Shown piece after piece: positions 12,584-23,858 of a stretch of DNA of 64,000 bases. Position 1 is the first letter of the stretch; every line of letters begins with the position of its first letter. Where the stretch lies: positions 6,314,448 to 6,378,447 of the forward strand of contig BDGG01000002.1 in assembly GCA_001949185.1 (NCBI GenBank), read 5' to 3'. The translations under genes were made by a program, and so were the position numbers. The notes under the pieces are model-generated. The model saw nothing but the letters and a program-made list of their open reading frames with translations. It was not told the DNA's origin and ran no database searches. The DNA is from Ramazzottius varieornatus (lineage: Eukaryota; Animalia; Tardigrada).

Positions 12584-15500
12584 CTATAGCTTGGCTTCCT
12601 CCGTGTCCGATTCCACTCCGACTACATCGTCCTCTAGGCCCATTTCCCATCTCTCCAGAATAAGTCTGTCCTCGTAAGTAAGGTTGTCCGTTACTTCACG
12701 GCTCACCTCGAACCCTTCAGCGATGCCTTCATCGTCGTCTTCAACGATCTTCCGTATATCCATTTCGATTTTCTTTTGCAACTCCAAAGACCTCACACTC
12801 TGCGTACTTCTTGTAAAACCAAGCGATCGTGATTCAGCAAGCCTGGACACAGGTGTCATGCCACCTTCACCATGAACGCTTCCGCTTCGATTTGGTCCTT
12901 TATTATATGGTACTCCGCGGAAGCGTACAACGGTTGGACGTTCCACCGGAACCGACAATCTATCCGCTTCAATTTGTTCAGGGCGTATGAGCCTCTTCGA
13001 CTTCCATTTCTGCGTTCCCCTGATTTGATACTCAAGCCTGACCGGTTTCTTTACTTCTACTGCAGCAGCAATCGAAGCCATCTTTTGTTTTTCCTTTGGT
13101 GTGACGATTTCTGGTGCGTTCGCCGCCTCTGAGGCTTTCCGCTTAGCTTCACGTGCAGCTGTCATGTCTTCCAAGATGACCCTCTTGTCTTCTTTGGCCG
13201 ATGAACCGGTGAAGAATGCCGTGTTAAAATGCGACCGCCTGTCCTCAGAAATATCGAACCCAGTTGACTTTTCACTGTAGAACTCGTTCAGAGAATTCCA
13301 CGATGTCACGCCAGGGTTTTCTCTGAAACCTGCGCCGGCAATGTCGGCGACCTCGCTATTCGGGTTCTCAAACACAACGGGGCATCCATCTTCTTTCTGT
13401 TGTCTCTTGCGCTGAAGCTGGTTTTGTACGATAATAATCTGTCGTGGAATGGCGTGATGGATTGGGTGTTCCTTGTACGCTCGTGCTTTCGCCGTTTCCA
13501 CCGGAAGTAACTGGCCAGGTTGGAACATTAGATCCACTATGTATACTTCAGAAGTGTCATTCCTCCCGACTCGAGCTTCATTCCATGCTTGGTCGTGGCT
13601 GCCACGATGCAGCGAAACAGGAAGATGCAAACGGTCCGCGAGAACCTACAAAGATACTGTTATGAAAAGTAAATACTCATGATAACTTTAATTTACCACA
13701 TATTTTACCTTGAACAGAAAAGCACGATGAAAAAACGTCCCAACTTTGACTTCTCCAAGAAGAACCCAGCATCTTCCACGCTCCTCACATAACGATGACA
13801 GGTGCTGCCGCCACTGCAGTTTCTCCAAACTTTGCTGTGTTACCGTTCCACCCATTTCACCCGATACCATACTAGCAAGCAGACCGATCTTTTTCTCGAC
13901 AGAGATCATGCCTTTTGTCTGTTGAAGTACCTGCTGGACCAACTTGCGTAACTGCGGGTCTTCGGGTATGACTGGTTTACACATGAGATCAACATCCGCT
14001 CTGTTTGCTTGACTATCCACTTGCGCCAGCTGGCATTCTTGTCGCTCGTCTTTTGTAATCTCCAGCTTCTCGGGAGACTTTTTCCGAGTCCTCGAGCTCC
14101 GTTTCCGGCTGACACTTCTTCGCGTCTGTCCAGTCGCGCCCCGATTCGCTACCCTGTCTGCTTCGTCAGACTTTCGATTACCGTTGTCCAAAGGTTCAGA
14201 CCGGTACTCAACCGCTTTCACCTCTTGACTTGACTGTCCGGCATTCAATGGAGAAGCTGAGAACCTCTTACGAGGAAGTGAGACGATTATCACCGGACAA
14301 TCCGTCGAATTTCCTCGTCGCATCAAGGCTTTCAGGCTCCAGCACTGGTTGCTGCCATGAATGCGCTCGGCACAGTAGAATCCATGTTGTATGCGTTCGT
14401 CAGGATCGAGCTGGTCCAATAAAGCGTATTTGAAAGCTAGATGAATGGATGCCAGCCGGTGAAGAGCTAGGTTTGCGTAGTTGCTGGTCAGAGGGTTTGG
14501 TGAAGTTTTCGCCTGGAGGATTTCCTTGACGCAGCCGGTACTGGCCAAACTGACAATCAGCGTACGTTGTACTGCCAGCACAGAAATCGCCCAGCAAACA
14601 TGGCGAAAGAGGTTGTCAGTCGCTGGCGACTTCAACAGATCTCCGATCGCGGAAAACCCGCCGTTTTTCAGGAAGGCTTCTCGATCTTGGTCAGACCGTA
14701 TAAGTATTCCTGCGCAAAGTATGGCCTAAAAGACAACCAGTTAACCAAAACCATTACTGAGGTGAGATGAACCTAACCTTTATCTTGATCGATTCATCCG
14801 GATGCGCCAGTAGCTCAGGAATTTGCCTGATCATGAATTTTGCCAGGGGTTCCTTGAGGGCGTCAGTCTCAGACAGATTAATCACACAGGCTAAAGCATT
14901 GTCAATCAGGCCGCAAACAGGGAATAGTTTCACGTCTGTCAAGGTATCTTGCAGCTGCTTGAAGAAACCTTCCTTCACGAACCTCTCCGCGAGGTCAGCC
15001 TCATAGAGCATCAAGGTCCCAGCAGCGAAGTAGGCTTGCTCGCGAACGCCCGGATCACAGATCGTCAGGTGTTTGCTTATTGCCGGTACAATATCCAGCT
15101 TCCGGAAGTTCCTTCTGCAGTTCAAGGTCTTTGACAGGTTCCCGACAGCTTCCAACGCAGCCGCTTGGACAATATAAGAGGGTAAAGTCAGAAGCTGAAG
15201 TATCTTCTTTTCCACATTTACACTGTTCATGATCAAGCGTTGATCGGAATAATTAACCGCTCGGCTAATGCATCGCGCCGCGAAAGCTTGGAAGTCTGTT
15301 TGTCCCTGATAGGTTTTGCTCAACGCTTGATCCAGTAGAAATTCGTATATTTTTTTCTTTGAGAGTTCATGTGCGATGACAGGGACGCCCAACAGATTCG
15401 CCAAGACTTCCAGCGTGCTAGCATGAAGGTACTTCAGTTCTTCCGTGTTTAGTAGCGTCATGATAGTTGACATTCCGTCTGCTTCATGGAAACGATCGAT

Positions 15501-16563
15501 AACACCTTCAGTCGGCGAGGAAAGCAGTTCTCTCATCAAGCATAAAGCATAGTACTGCGTACTGGGGAACTCGGACAAACAAAGCTCGCATGCTGCCTCC
15601 AAGCCGCCTTGCAAAGCCAGGTACTTGCGGATCTCTGGACCGGCGCACAGGTTACACAAGGCTTCGATGGTGTTCTGAACTACGTCAGGATCCTGGTTGT
15701 CGAAGAGCACGAGGTCCAGCAGTTTCTCGAGTAATCCACCTCGAATAACGTTACTGGACGGTGGACAGAGCTTTGAGAGGTTCTTTAGCGCCAGAATGAT
15801 CCAGTCCATTACGAAAGCCTCCGTTTCCTTCTGAAGAGGACGCTTCGTTAATACATGAGTACGCCGATACGCTTCAGTGAGAAAGTGGACACAGGCGTAC
15901 GGTACGTACCTGTATGAGGTCCGCCAAGACACAGAGCCAGTTCTTGTCTTCCATGATCTCGACTGTCTCCTCGAACTCGGTCAAAGACCCAAACAGCACC
16001 ACAGCTCTTCGACGAATACTGTTGTGACTCGAGCAGGTAAGCTCCAGAACTCGGTTCAAGAAGCCCGGGTAGCGCACCAAAGTGGCCCTGATGTAAGAGT
16101 CGCCTTCTTCCGGGTCGGTATTCCTCTGCTTCTTCTTTACCAGACCTGTTGGATCTGTCTCGGTTTCTTCCTCGATGTCGTTGCTGTACTGGCCCAGCCT
16201 GTCTTCGGTAAAGGCTATGAGAGACTCCAGACATTGAAGAATGACGTCGAACTCGGCCGAGTTGAGGAGAATAGCCGCGTCAATCGGATCAGCCAGTTTG
16301 TATGCCACGGCGAAATCACTGACACCTGCCACTTCATCGTCAGCAATGTTGCCGGTTACGGGTACTGTTTGTTCAGCGTACCGTTGATCAGCCCGAGGAA
16401 ATTTGAACTCGCCTAATTCTTCATCAAATCGTTTCTCCTCCAGCACGAAGGTATTCCGGAAGACCTCGTTTCGAGCTTTGCAGATGTCTTTGAAAGGTAC
16501 CAGGACAAGTGGGTTGATCGGTCCATTTTCCCAGCCATCTTCCTCGTCGCTGCCAGACCCCAT
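12584..16563 (-). CDS. ARMC3: Armadillo repeat-containing protein 3 (ARMC3/gudu-like) with C-terminal EDR1-like domain
   Basis: Exons 16563-15910, 15830-14778, 14725-13709, 13645-12584. Tandem ARM/HEAT-like helices are followed by LGEVKVGTFFHRAFLFK|VLADRLHLPVSLHRGSHDQAWNE...YIVDLMFQPGQLLP, the EDR1-like domain typical of ARMC3. The start codon may lie slightly further upstream. Confidence 0.85.
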
Positions 16564-17196
16564 GAAATACTCCTATAGGGTAAAACAAGAGACAAGTTGA
16601 CCTCGACCACCTTCTCAATACACACTCGAACAAGCAAGAGAAACAGAGCAGCGGAGGTCGCCATGGTCGGTTCGCCAGCTCAAAAGTGCTGGAGGTGGGC
16701 AGTTTCAGGTTCCGGCGTCGCGGGATGGGCAGCCAAGCAACGCTGATTGATTGTCAACTATGAACCAACGCCCTGGCACCACTTGGGTCACTGCTCTCGC
16801 GAGTAGCTGGGACGGGTAATTTAGCCAGAGCGCTTTACTATAGAATTAGGAATAAAACGGAACTCGTAGGACCAATATTCGCTGGTCCACTCGAACAAGA
16901 AGAACAGAAGTGGCAATCTGTCATCCACAAACGGTAGGCTATAACCGATGAAAAGTGAAATATCCAACAAGCCTGCTTGTAAACAGTAACAACTTTACAG
17001 CTATCCCCTCTCAACCTGAAATCCGCATTAGGTCGCTCAGAATCTCCAGACTCGGTAACGAGAACTAGTATCAACCGTCGAATTTATGAAAAAACAACGG
17101 TACTCTATGCGTAGCAAGAAAAGTAACAAAGAGTACTAAGATAACTCGAGGGAATATCTGGCATCGATGAGATGGCAAGCACCACATGTCTTGGTC

Positions 17197-19379
17197 TTAA
17201 CGTCGGTAAGGATGGTAGCCACGGTTGACGGATCCTCCACGTGCGCCCATGGCACCTCCAAAGCCACTTTTCTGTCCAAAGGCCGATCCTCGTGGTGAAG
17301 TACTGTCCCCTGCGCTGCTGGAACCGCGTAGACCTCCGCGCCCCATACCTCCTCGCATTCCACTTCCTAAAATTGCAGAAGATATTCAGTGATGCTATTA
17401 CGAAGTGAGGTGCGGTCGATGGAACTTACCATCGCCATATCCTGAATACCCAGCTGCAGCGGCGGCGGCTGCGAACCCCGTGGTATCATACCCAGCACCG
17501 CCAAACCCGCTCATGTCGTAACCGGCAGCATAATAAGCGGCCATGGTTGGGTCAGCAAAGTAGGAGCTGGGGTCGTAACCGTAGTACGAGCTAGGGTCGA
17601 AGCCCCCAAAGCCACCATACATGGCTGCTGCAGCCATATAGTCGTAGCCTGGGAAACCTGCGCCTCCACCACCGAAGTCTCCCCATCCGGAGTTACGGTC
17701 GCCACCCATCATGTTCTGCTGCTGAGCGGCCTTTTGCGCTGGAGGAATGGCTTTTCTGACATCGCACTGCCAAAAAAAGAGAAAGATTACAATACCAGCG
17801 GACAAACGACGTAAACTGGACGAAGTTTTGCGGCTTACCATTCTTCCGCCAATTTCTTGTTTGGGAGTTCGTACAACGTCGTTCACGACTTTCTCGTCCG
17901 CGAACTCGACAAAAGCGAAGTTCTTCTTCGAGTTATTCCGCATTCTGTCGCGAGGCCATTCCAGTTTGATAACAGGACCGAACTTCTCAAAGTACGCTTT
18001 CAAGTCATCGTCTTCCATCTGACCATCCAAGCCGCCCACAAAGACCTTCATAATGCCGTCGCCAGCACCATCTTGCTGACGAGGCTCAGCAGCCTTAGGA
18101 TCTACCCTACGACCTTTGATGGTGTGAGAGTTAACTTCGTGGACCTATCAAATGAAAAAATAAAACACATCTAGAAAGAATTCGATAACTGAAATAGAGC
18201 TCGTATTTTCTGGTTGCCTTTTTGATAGCAGCAGAATTTGAGAATGTGACGAAACCAAAGCAGCGAGATCTTCCAGTCATCGGATCCCGTTTTACCACTA
18301 TAAAATTCAAAACACAAAATGTGACCCAAAGTTCCCTTTTTAGCGTACAAAAGCCAGGAAGTCAAACCTGCGTGCATCACTGGGCCGTACTCGCCAAAGT
18401 GTGACTTCAAGTCCTCTTCGTCAGTGTCTAGCGACAAACCTCCAACAAACATTTTCCTGAATAATCAAAGAGTATGTTACTATTTCGTCATCTGTTCCGA
18501 AGACAACCCGTAAAAGCTCTGAAACAGAAACCATAATGTCAGAGGCTACTGCTACACAGTGGATGAGGTCATGAGGGTAAGAAAGCAGCATAGGGTCGAA
18601 AGACATGTTTCTGAAAGAGCTGGCAACGAGTCCAGACTATCCTCCACGAAGAGAACCAGCCTCTATTGCTACATGAAGCTACTGCTAGATCATGGCCAAC
18701 GAGGAAAGTGAGTGGGAACAGTGGAACATCGGACGTATAGAATCTATAGCTATAGAGCTCTATAGTCTATACAAAGTCTACCCATGCAAGATGGGATTTT
18801 GTTCCACGCATCCAGCATCGGGATCGATCCAGCTGTGGGATCAGCCGTTGTTTTTGGCTAATCACATCCATTTTTCGCCGTTTGTGACGAGTCGTCATCT
18901 TTTCAACCTGTGTATTTTGATGGTTAAACACTCACACCAGTTTGTGGGATAGTTTCGTAATACCAGAGGGGATACAAAATCATCAATCAACCATACCACC
19001 AATCCATCTATCGAAGTCTCGAATTTTTGGCTAGAATCACTCAACGGTAGCTAAACTCCTCTCTGGGCCTGAGTAACGATACTGGAAGTTCTGCATCAAG
19101 CGCCAAGCATTCTCGATACTTCAGTAAATAGGAAAAGGCACAAAAGGCGCAGAACACCCAAACGGAAGTGAAACTTCTCCCTGACTACCATTGTCCTGCA
19201 TCGTGACTGACGAAAAAATAACTTGGAGAACAGCGAAGCATCATACCGCCAAACAGAATCACTCCTGAACCCTAATAGTCCTCGTGAAGCCCTAATAGTC
19301 CTCGTGAAACTTACCGTTTGTCAATGGGCTCCAAATTTGCAGAATCGTCGAACGTCTCGCCACCGTTTGAAGCCGCCAT
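17197..19379 (-). CDS. hnRNP A/B/D-family (squid/hrp40-like) RNA-binding protein: 2 RRMs, Gly/Tyr-rich tail, RGG, PY-NLS
   Basis: Exons 19379-19315, 18456-18368, 18297-18218, 18144-17839, 17766-17430, 17366-17197. RRM1 KMFVGGLSLDT...KRDPMTGRSRCFGFVTF; RRM2 KVFVGGL...KNFAFVEF; C-terminus RGG...NRGYHPYRR*. A 5'UTR intron lies at 19498-19433. Confidence 0.9.
19270..19308. repeat. Tandem duplication of a 19-mer (20-bp period) next to an hnRNP 5' splice site
   Basis: ccctaatagtcctcgtgaa occurs at 19270-19288 and 19290-19308. Confidence 0.95.
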
Positions 19380-19498
19380 CTTTGAATTCTTGGTCTGGAA
19401 TCAACCTGGATATCCCGAATAGCTAGACGTTTCTGCAAGAAAGGCCCATCAGCTATTTCCCAGAGCATGGCATGTTACTTGGATGACGTCCTGCTTAC

Positions 19499-20047
19499 CT
19501 CGAGGTCCCACGATGCAGATCAGAGCTCAGTAATCAGAGAGAAATCCAGAACGAAAACTAAGCCAGAAAATTTTCATGACAACAAAAAAGTTTTTTCGTA
19601 CGTTGATGCATTGCGTCAACGTCAACTGTAGACGCTACGAAGCGTATGGAAGGGCCGACGGCATCCGTTTCATTCTGCTCCCCGGGAATGAAACGGATGC
19701 CGTCCAGCCCATGGCCTCGCTGGGCCACGCTGGCGGCTGGCAGCTCCGGTGGCCAATGCTCCACAGCGTCCACTGGCGGCCCTAACTTGAGATTTCCAGC
19801 GGAGCGAAGTGCCCGTAATCAACGGAGCGTCCGCCATCCATTTCAGGTCTCATTTTTCGCAATCCTTTGATCAAAACTAAAGTCTTCGCTAAGTTTGCTT
19901 CTTCATTCCCCTGGAGTTCTTAGTTCCGTGACTTTCTGGACGTCGTTTGGAGTCGGATTTATTATACCCATTGCCTTCAACTACAGCATCGTCTGATCGG
20001 GATTGTCGGAGTGGCTGGCGGTGAGCTGACAGGAAATCGTGTTGAGG
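19499..20047. promoter_or_regulatory. Divergent (bidirectional) promoter region between the hnRNP gene and PPIH
   Basis: Head-to-head genes with start codons about 670 bp apart (19379 on -, 20048 on +). The hnRNP 5'UTR exon extends above 19499. Confidence 0.6.
19657..19704. repeat. Perfect 19-bp inverted repeat with 10-nt loop
   Basis: gacggcatccgtttcattc (19657-19675), loop tgctccccgg, gaatgaaacggatgccgtc (19686-19704); extendable by gggc/gccc. Confidence 0.95.
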
Positions 20048-21320
20048 ATGACATATCAGCAGCTCTCACAGCAGCTTCGGCATCCCGATAATCCTATTGT
20101 CTTCTTCGATATCCAAATAGCTAACTCGGTGTGTTTCTCGTCGTTGAAATGGAAGCGACGTGGCTGCTAACATAAATGTTTTGCTCTCTCTTTGCAGGAC
20201 GCTGGACGGATAAAAATGGAGTTATTCGCTGATATCGTGCCCAGGACGGCGGAGAATTTCAGGTAGGCGCAGACAGAGCTGTGTTCTTGTATTCCGAATG
20301 AATGGCTCTACCACCCTGGCTCGATCTACGATAATGGTTTTACGTTTTGTTTGGCAGGCAATTTTGTACGGGTGAATATCGCAGAGATGGCGTTCCGTTG
20401 GGCTACAAGAACTGCATGTTCCACCGGTAAGTTTTCGTGAAGCTATGGTGGAGGAACTTGTTCGCTGGTTGCCTTCTTGGGTCTTCCAGCACTTTCCGAG
20501 ATAACGCTTTCTGTATCTTACGTACGTGTACCAGGAAAAACTCCTCTGCTACTTTGATGTTTATCTTTTTAGTGTTATCAAAGACTTCATGGTACAAGGC
20601 GGGGATTTCGTTAGCGTAAGTTTTCTCGGACCAGAAACTGGAATCAAAATAGTGTTGGTTTCCCCTGGTGGTCGACATGTCCATTTGCGTAAGCGTCAGA
20701 TCGATATAATACAATTGAGAGTTTCAGGGAGACGGCACGGGCGTTGCCACCATATACGGAGGGGAGGGAGAAACCTTTGCCGACGAGAATTTCTTTCTGA
20801 AACACGACACTCCTGGACTTTTATCCTCGGTAAGCTGCATGTTTGGGTGAACTGGAATGCCGGATTGACGATAGACCCGCGCCCGAACTCCTAACATTGT
20901 TGAAATTCCGTTTGATTTTTCTGTTTTTGGTTCGTAATCGAGCCAGAGGATGGTCTCGACTCTCGGGTACTCGCATGGCCGATTATTGACTTCTGTTTTG
21001 GTCCGTTAGGCTAACGCAGGACCAAACACTAATGGATGCCAGTTCTTCATCACATGCAACAAGTGTGATTACCTTGACGGAAAACATGTGGTTTTTGGCA
21101 GAATCCTGGACGGCATGTTGGTCATGCGAAAGATAGAAAACACTCCTACTGGACCCAATAACAGACCAAAACGTAAGTGCAAATGTACAGTGAGTGTTTC
21201 ATTGGAAATACCCATGTTGGACCGGATCGCTGGTGAGCCTAAGTTCCGAAGATCTTCTGATCCTTGACTTGTCCCTTCTTTTCAGTCCCCATCATGATTA
21301 CGCAATGCGGACAGATGTGA
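20048..21320 (+). CDS. PPIH: Peptidyl-prolyl cis-trans isomerase H (U4/U6 snRNP cyclophilin)
   Basis: Exons 20048-20128, 20198-20262, 20358-20426, 20573-20615, 20728-20829, 21010-21172, 21286-21320. Translation NPIVFFDI...[50 protein letters not shown]...[11 protein letters not shown]...[12 protein letters not shown]...ITQCGQM* contains the PPIH-diagnostic RDGVPxGYK and CGQM end. Confidence 0.95.
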
Positions 21321-23858
21321 GGTTCGCGATCCAAGCATGGACGGAAGAGGAAGCTTGTCGCATGCGCCGAAGGCTTTCTCTGGATCTCTGACGGACTTTC
21401 TTTTAGCTTCCTTCCCCCGTCATCTGAGGCTCACACTGATGTAAGACGAATTTTTGTTGTTGTTTACTGGTCCCCGAGTATTTGAATTTTGCGAGCACGA
21501 CGTACTGTAGTTTCGGAAACTTTGCAGCCTGTTTTTATTGCACCTGGGTTGATTCTGACAACAGTGTTGAGCGAACGTCTCAAGAGGTCCGTAGAGAATT
21601 TTTGTTTTATTGCACCGTTAAAGCAAAAAGTCGTAATCACCAGTTTATGCCTTCGGTGTCTCCATGAAGTAGTGATTAACGATTTGCGTAATAGTCAACT
21701 GTGCATACCTGGGCATGCTGCAAAGTCAATGTTGGATGCTTTTTTGTTGTGGCACTTTTTCTTCACCCACTCAACTCATTCAAAATAGCCACTGAGACAC
21801 CATAAAACATGTTTGTCGTAACCTACTTCCAAGTACGCAGTTGAAGATCTCTCAAAGTTGTACCGGCTGACGGTTACAGACGTTTTGTGAGAATGAAAGC
21901 GACTTCTTCATCTGTACGTCGTACCTGTGCAGTGTATGGTCATGACTCGTGAATTTTAATCTCTTGGTGAATTAAACTCACTTGACGAGTATTTCTTTCG
22001 TAACTGCGGTAAAGCTCCGAGAACGGCCATTAATAATTTGTTTTCATAAAGACTTTTGGAGAACGAGTGATTGGTAATTTTGTACTGACGCTTGTAGAAG
22101 TGGAGAAGGCTTGAAGTGACCGGTGTTATTAAGTCTCTATATGGTCGAAAAGCGATGCTTGCCTCGCAGCGTGATATAATTGATGAGGAGATAAGAAGAT
22201 GGAAGATTGAAAAGCGATCTTGAACGGAACCGTTTGAGCTAAGTTGGTGCTCTTTTTTGCTTCTAATCCATTTCATGTGACAGATGCCACCCAACGACAA
22301 CTACAAGCTTTGATCACTTCATTGTTTCGTCGGCTTGCATGAAGTTTTCCCTGCGCCGACACACCCATCCGCCGCTATCAGAAAATTACGGTCATCATAT
22401 CGGGTTATCTTGTCTGTACAGTTATCGTTTTTCCATCTTTCCGCCGACTTTATAGTAAACCGCTTGCCGACATCTTACATTACGCAGTGGTGGTACTTCC
22501 ATGCGTTTCATCGCGAACGACAAGCCTTGAGCTATCCAAGAACCTGCCCTGAGAACGGGATGATCGAACTGGCGTTCTTTGTTTGTGGAATTCCTCGATA
22601 AGCGGATTTGCAGACGAATTGAAGCTTACATCAGCTTAAAGGAATCCATTTCCTCCCGAAGGACCTACTAAGGCTGACGGAATTCGCCGTGCAACGCAAG
22701 CGCGACTGCAAAGGTAAGCGCGACTGCAGTTTCAGGAAACTCAAGTTCGTACGTCTTCAAGCTATGGCTCTCCGAGTTCTCTGATTACAAGCAGCAATAT
22801 TTATCTTGATTAGCCCATGGTGCTGTCGGGGGGTATGTCTTTTACCAAGGCTTCTCGATTTGTCGAACAAGTCATGCCTGATGTTTTTGCTATTTATAAT
22901 TTGAAAGTGCTTCGATCTTTGGGCTGTTTAGCATAATTACGCTGGCGACAGCAGGAGTTCCGTCCCTGAGGTTCTTGACTGATGTTCCGCGTTCCTGATC
23001 CTGCGGCAAGGGCAATACTGTCGACGTAACTGCAACTCCTCAAGGACGGGATTTGGAAGCCGGAACACGGCGGTTTTTCAGGAAAATCAGGCCACAGCCA
23101 TCTGAGATCAACCGCGAGTTAACTTCTGCAAAAACATCTGCAAAAATCGGTGACTTTCTTCTGGAGCTCTTCGTACCCTAGCAGTCTCTCGGCTTTAGAT
23201 AGTAGCGTGATTACCGCTAGTGGTTCATTATTAGTCTTCATGTTTGCCGCTTTACGGACAGCCGCGAAAAGTGGAAACTGACGAACCGTTTGACTTCCGG
23301 TTGTATTGTACGGGTTAAGCGCCTTCTGCGGTGACGCATACGACGCTGCGACGCACTAAGTTATACGACAGTTCCCGTCAGACGACGATGTGCTTTTTCG
23401 TAAATCTTGAAGGATGTCCACTTTGCTGTAACGCTATATTTTGAAGAAAGATCTGAAGAATCAATCAAACTAACCGATGCGCTTGCGTATGAACTCAGAC
23501 TGTACTGTACGCAGAATGAACGGACGAGACACAACTGTTTTTTTGTCGGGCGTCGAATGTCGAGCAAAGATTTGCTCTCATTCTTCTCTGTGTCTTTGCA
23601 AGCTCCATTTGCTACTGTATTGCTCTCTATCTTTGATCTCTCACTTTGCCAGCAGGATGAAGGTGAAAGTGGTGTTTTGAAGGGTGAGAATCTGGAAGCG
23701 GTGCCGTAACGTTAACCAGTTCGAATTAGCATTCTATTCTAATATCTTAGGCAGCGAATGCCAGCGATGATCGCAAATCAGTCAGCAATTATCAGGGTCA
23801 TGAAAACGCCTTTGGCGAAGAGAAATTAACGATGGAATATTCTTCTTTTAGGATTTAA

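Noticed and set aside
22698-22727. Duplicated aagcgcgactgca around a GTAAG donor
   Set aside because: Probably a local microduplication at a 5'UTR exon boundary; no further evidence of function.
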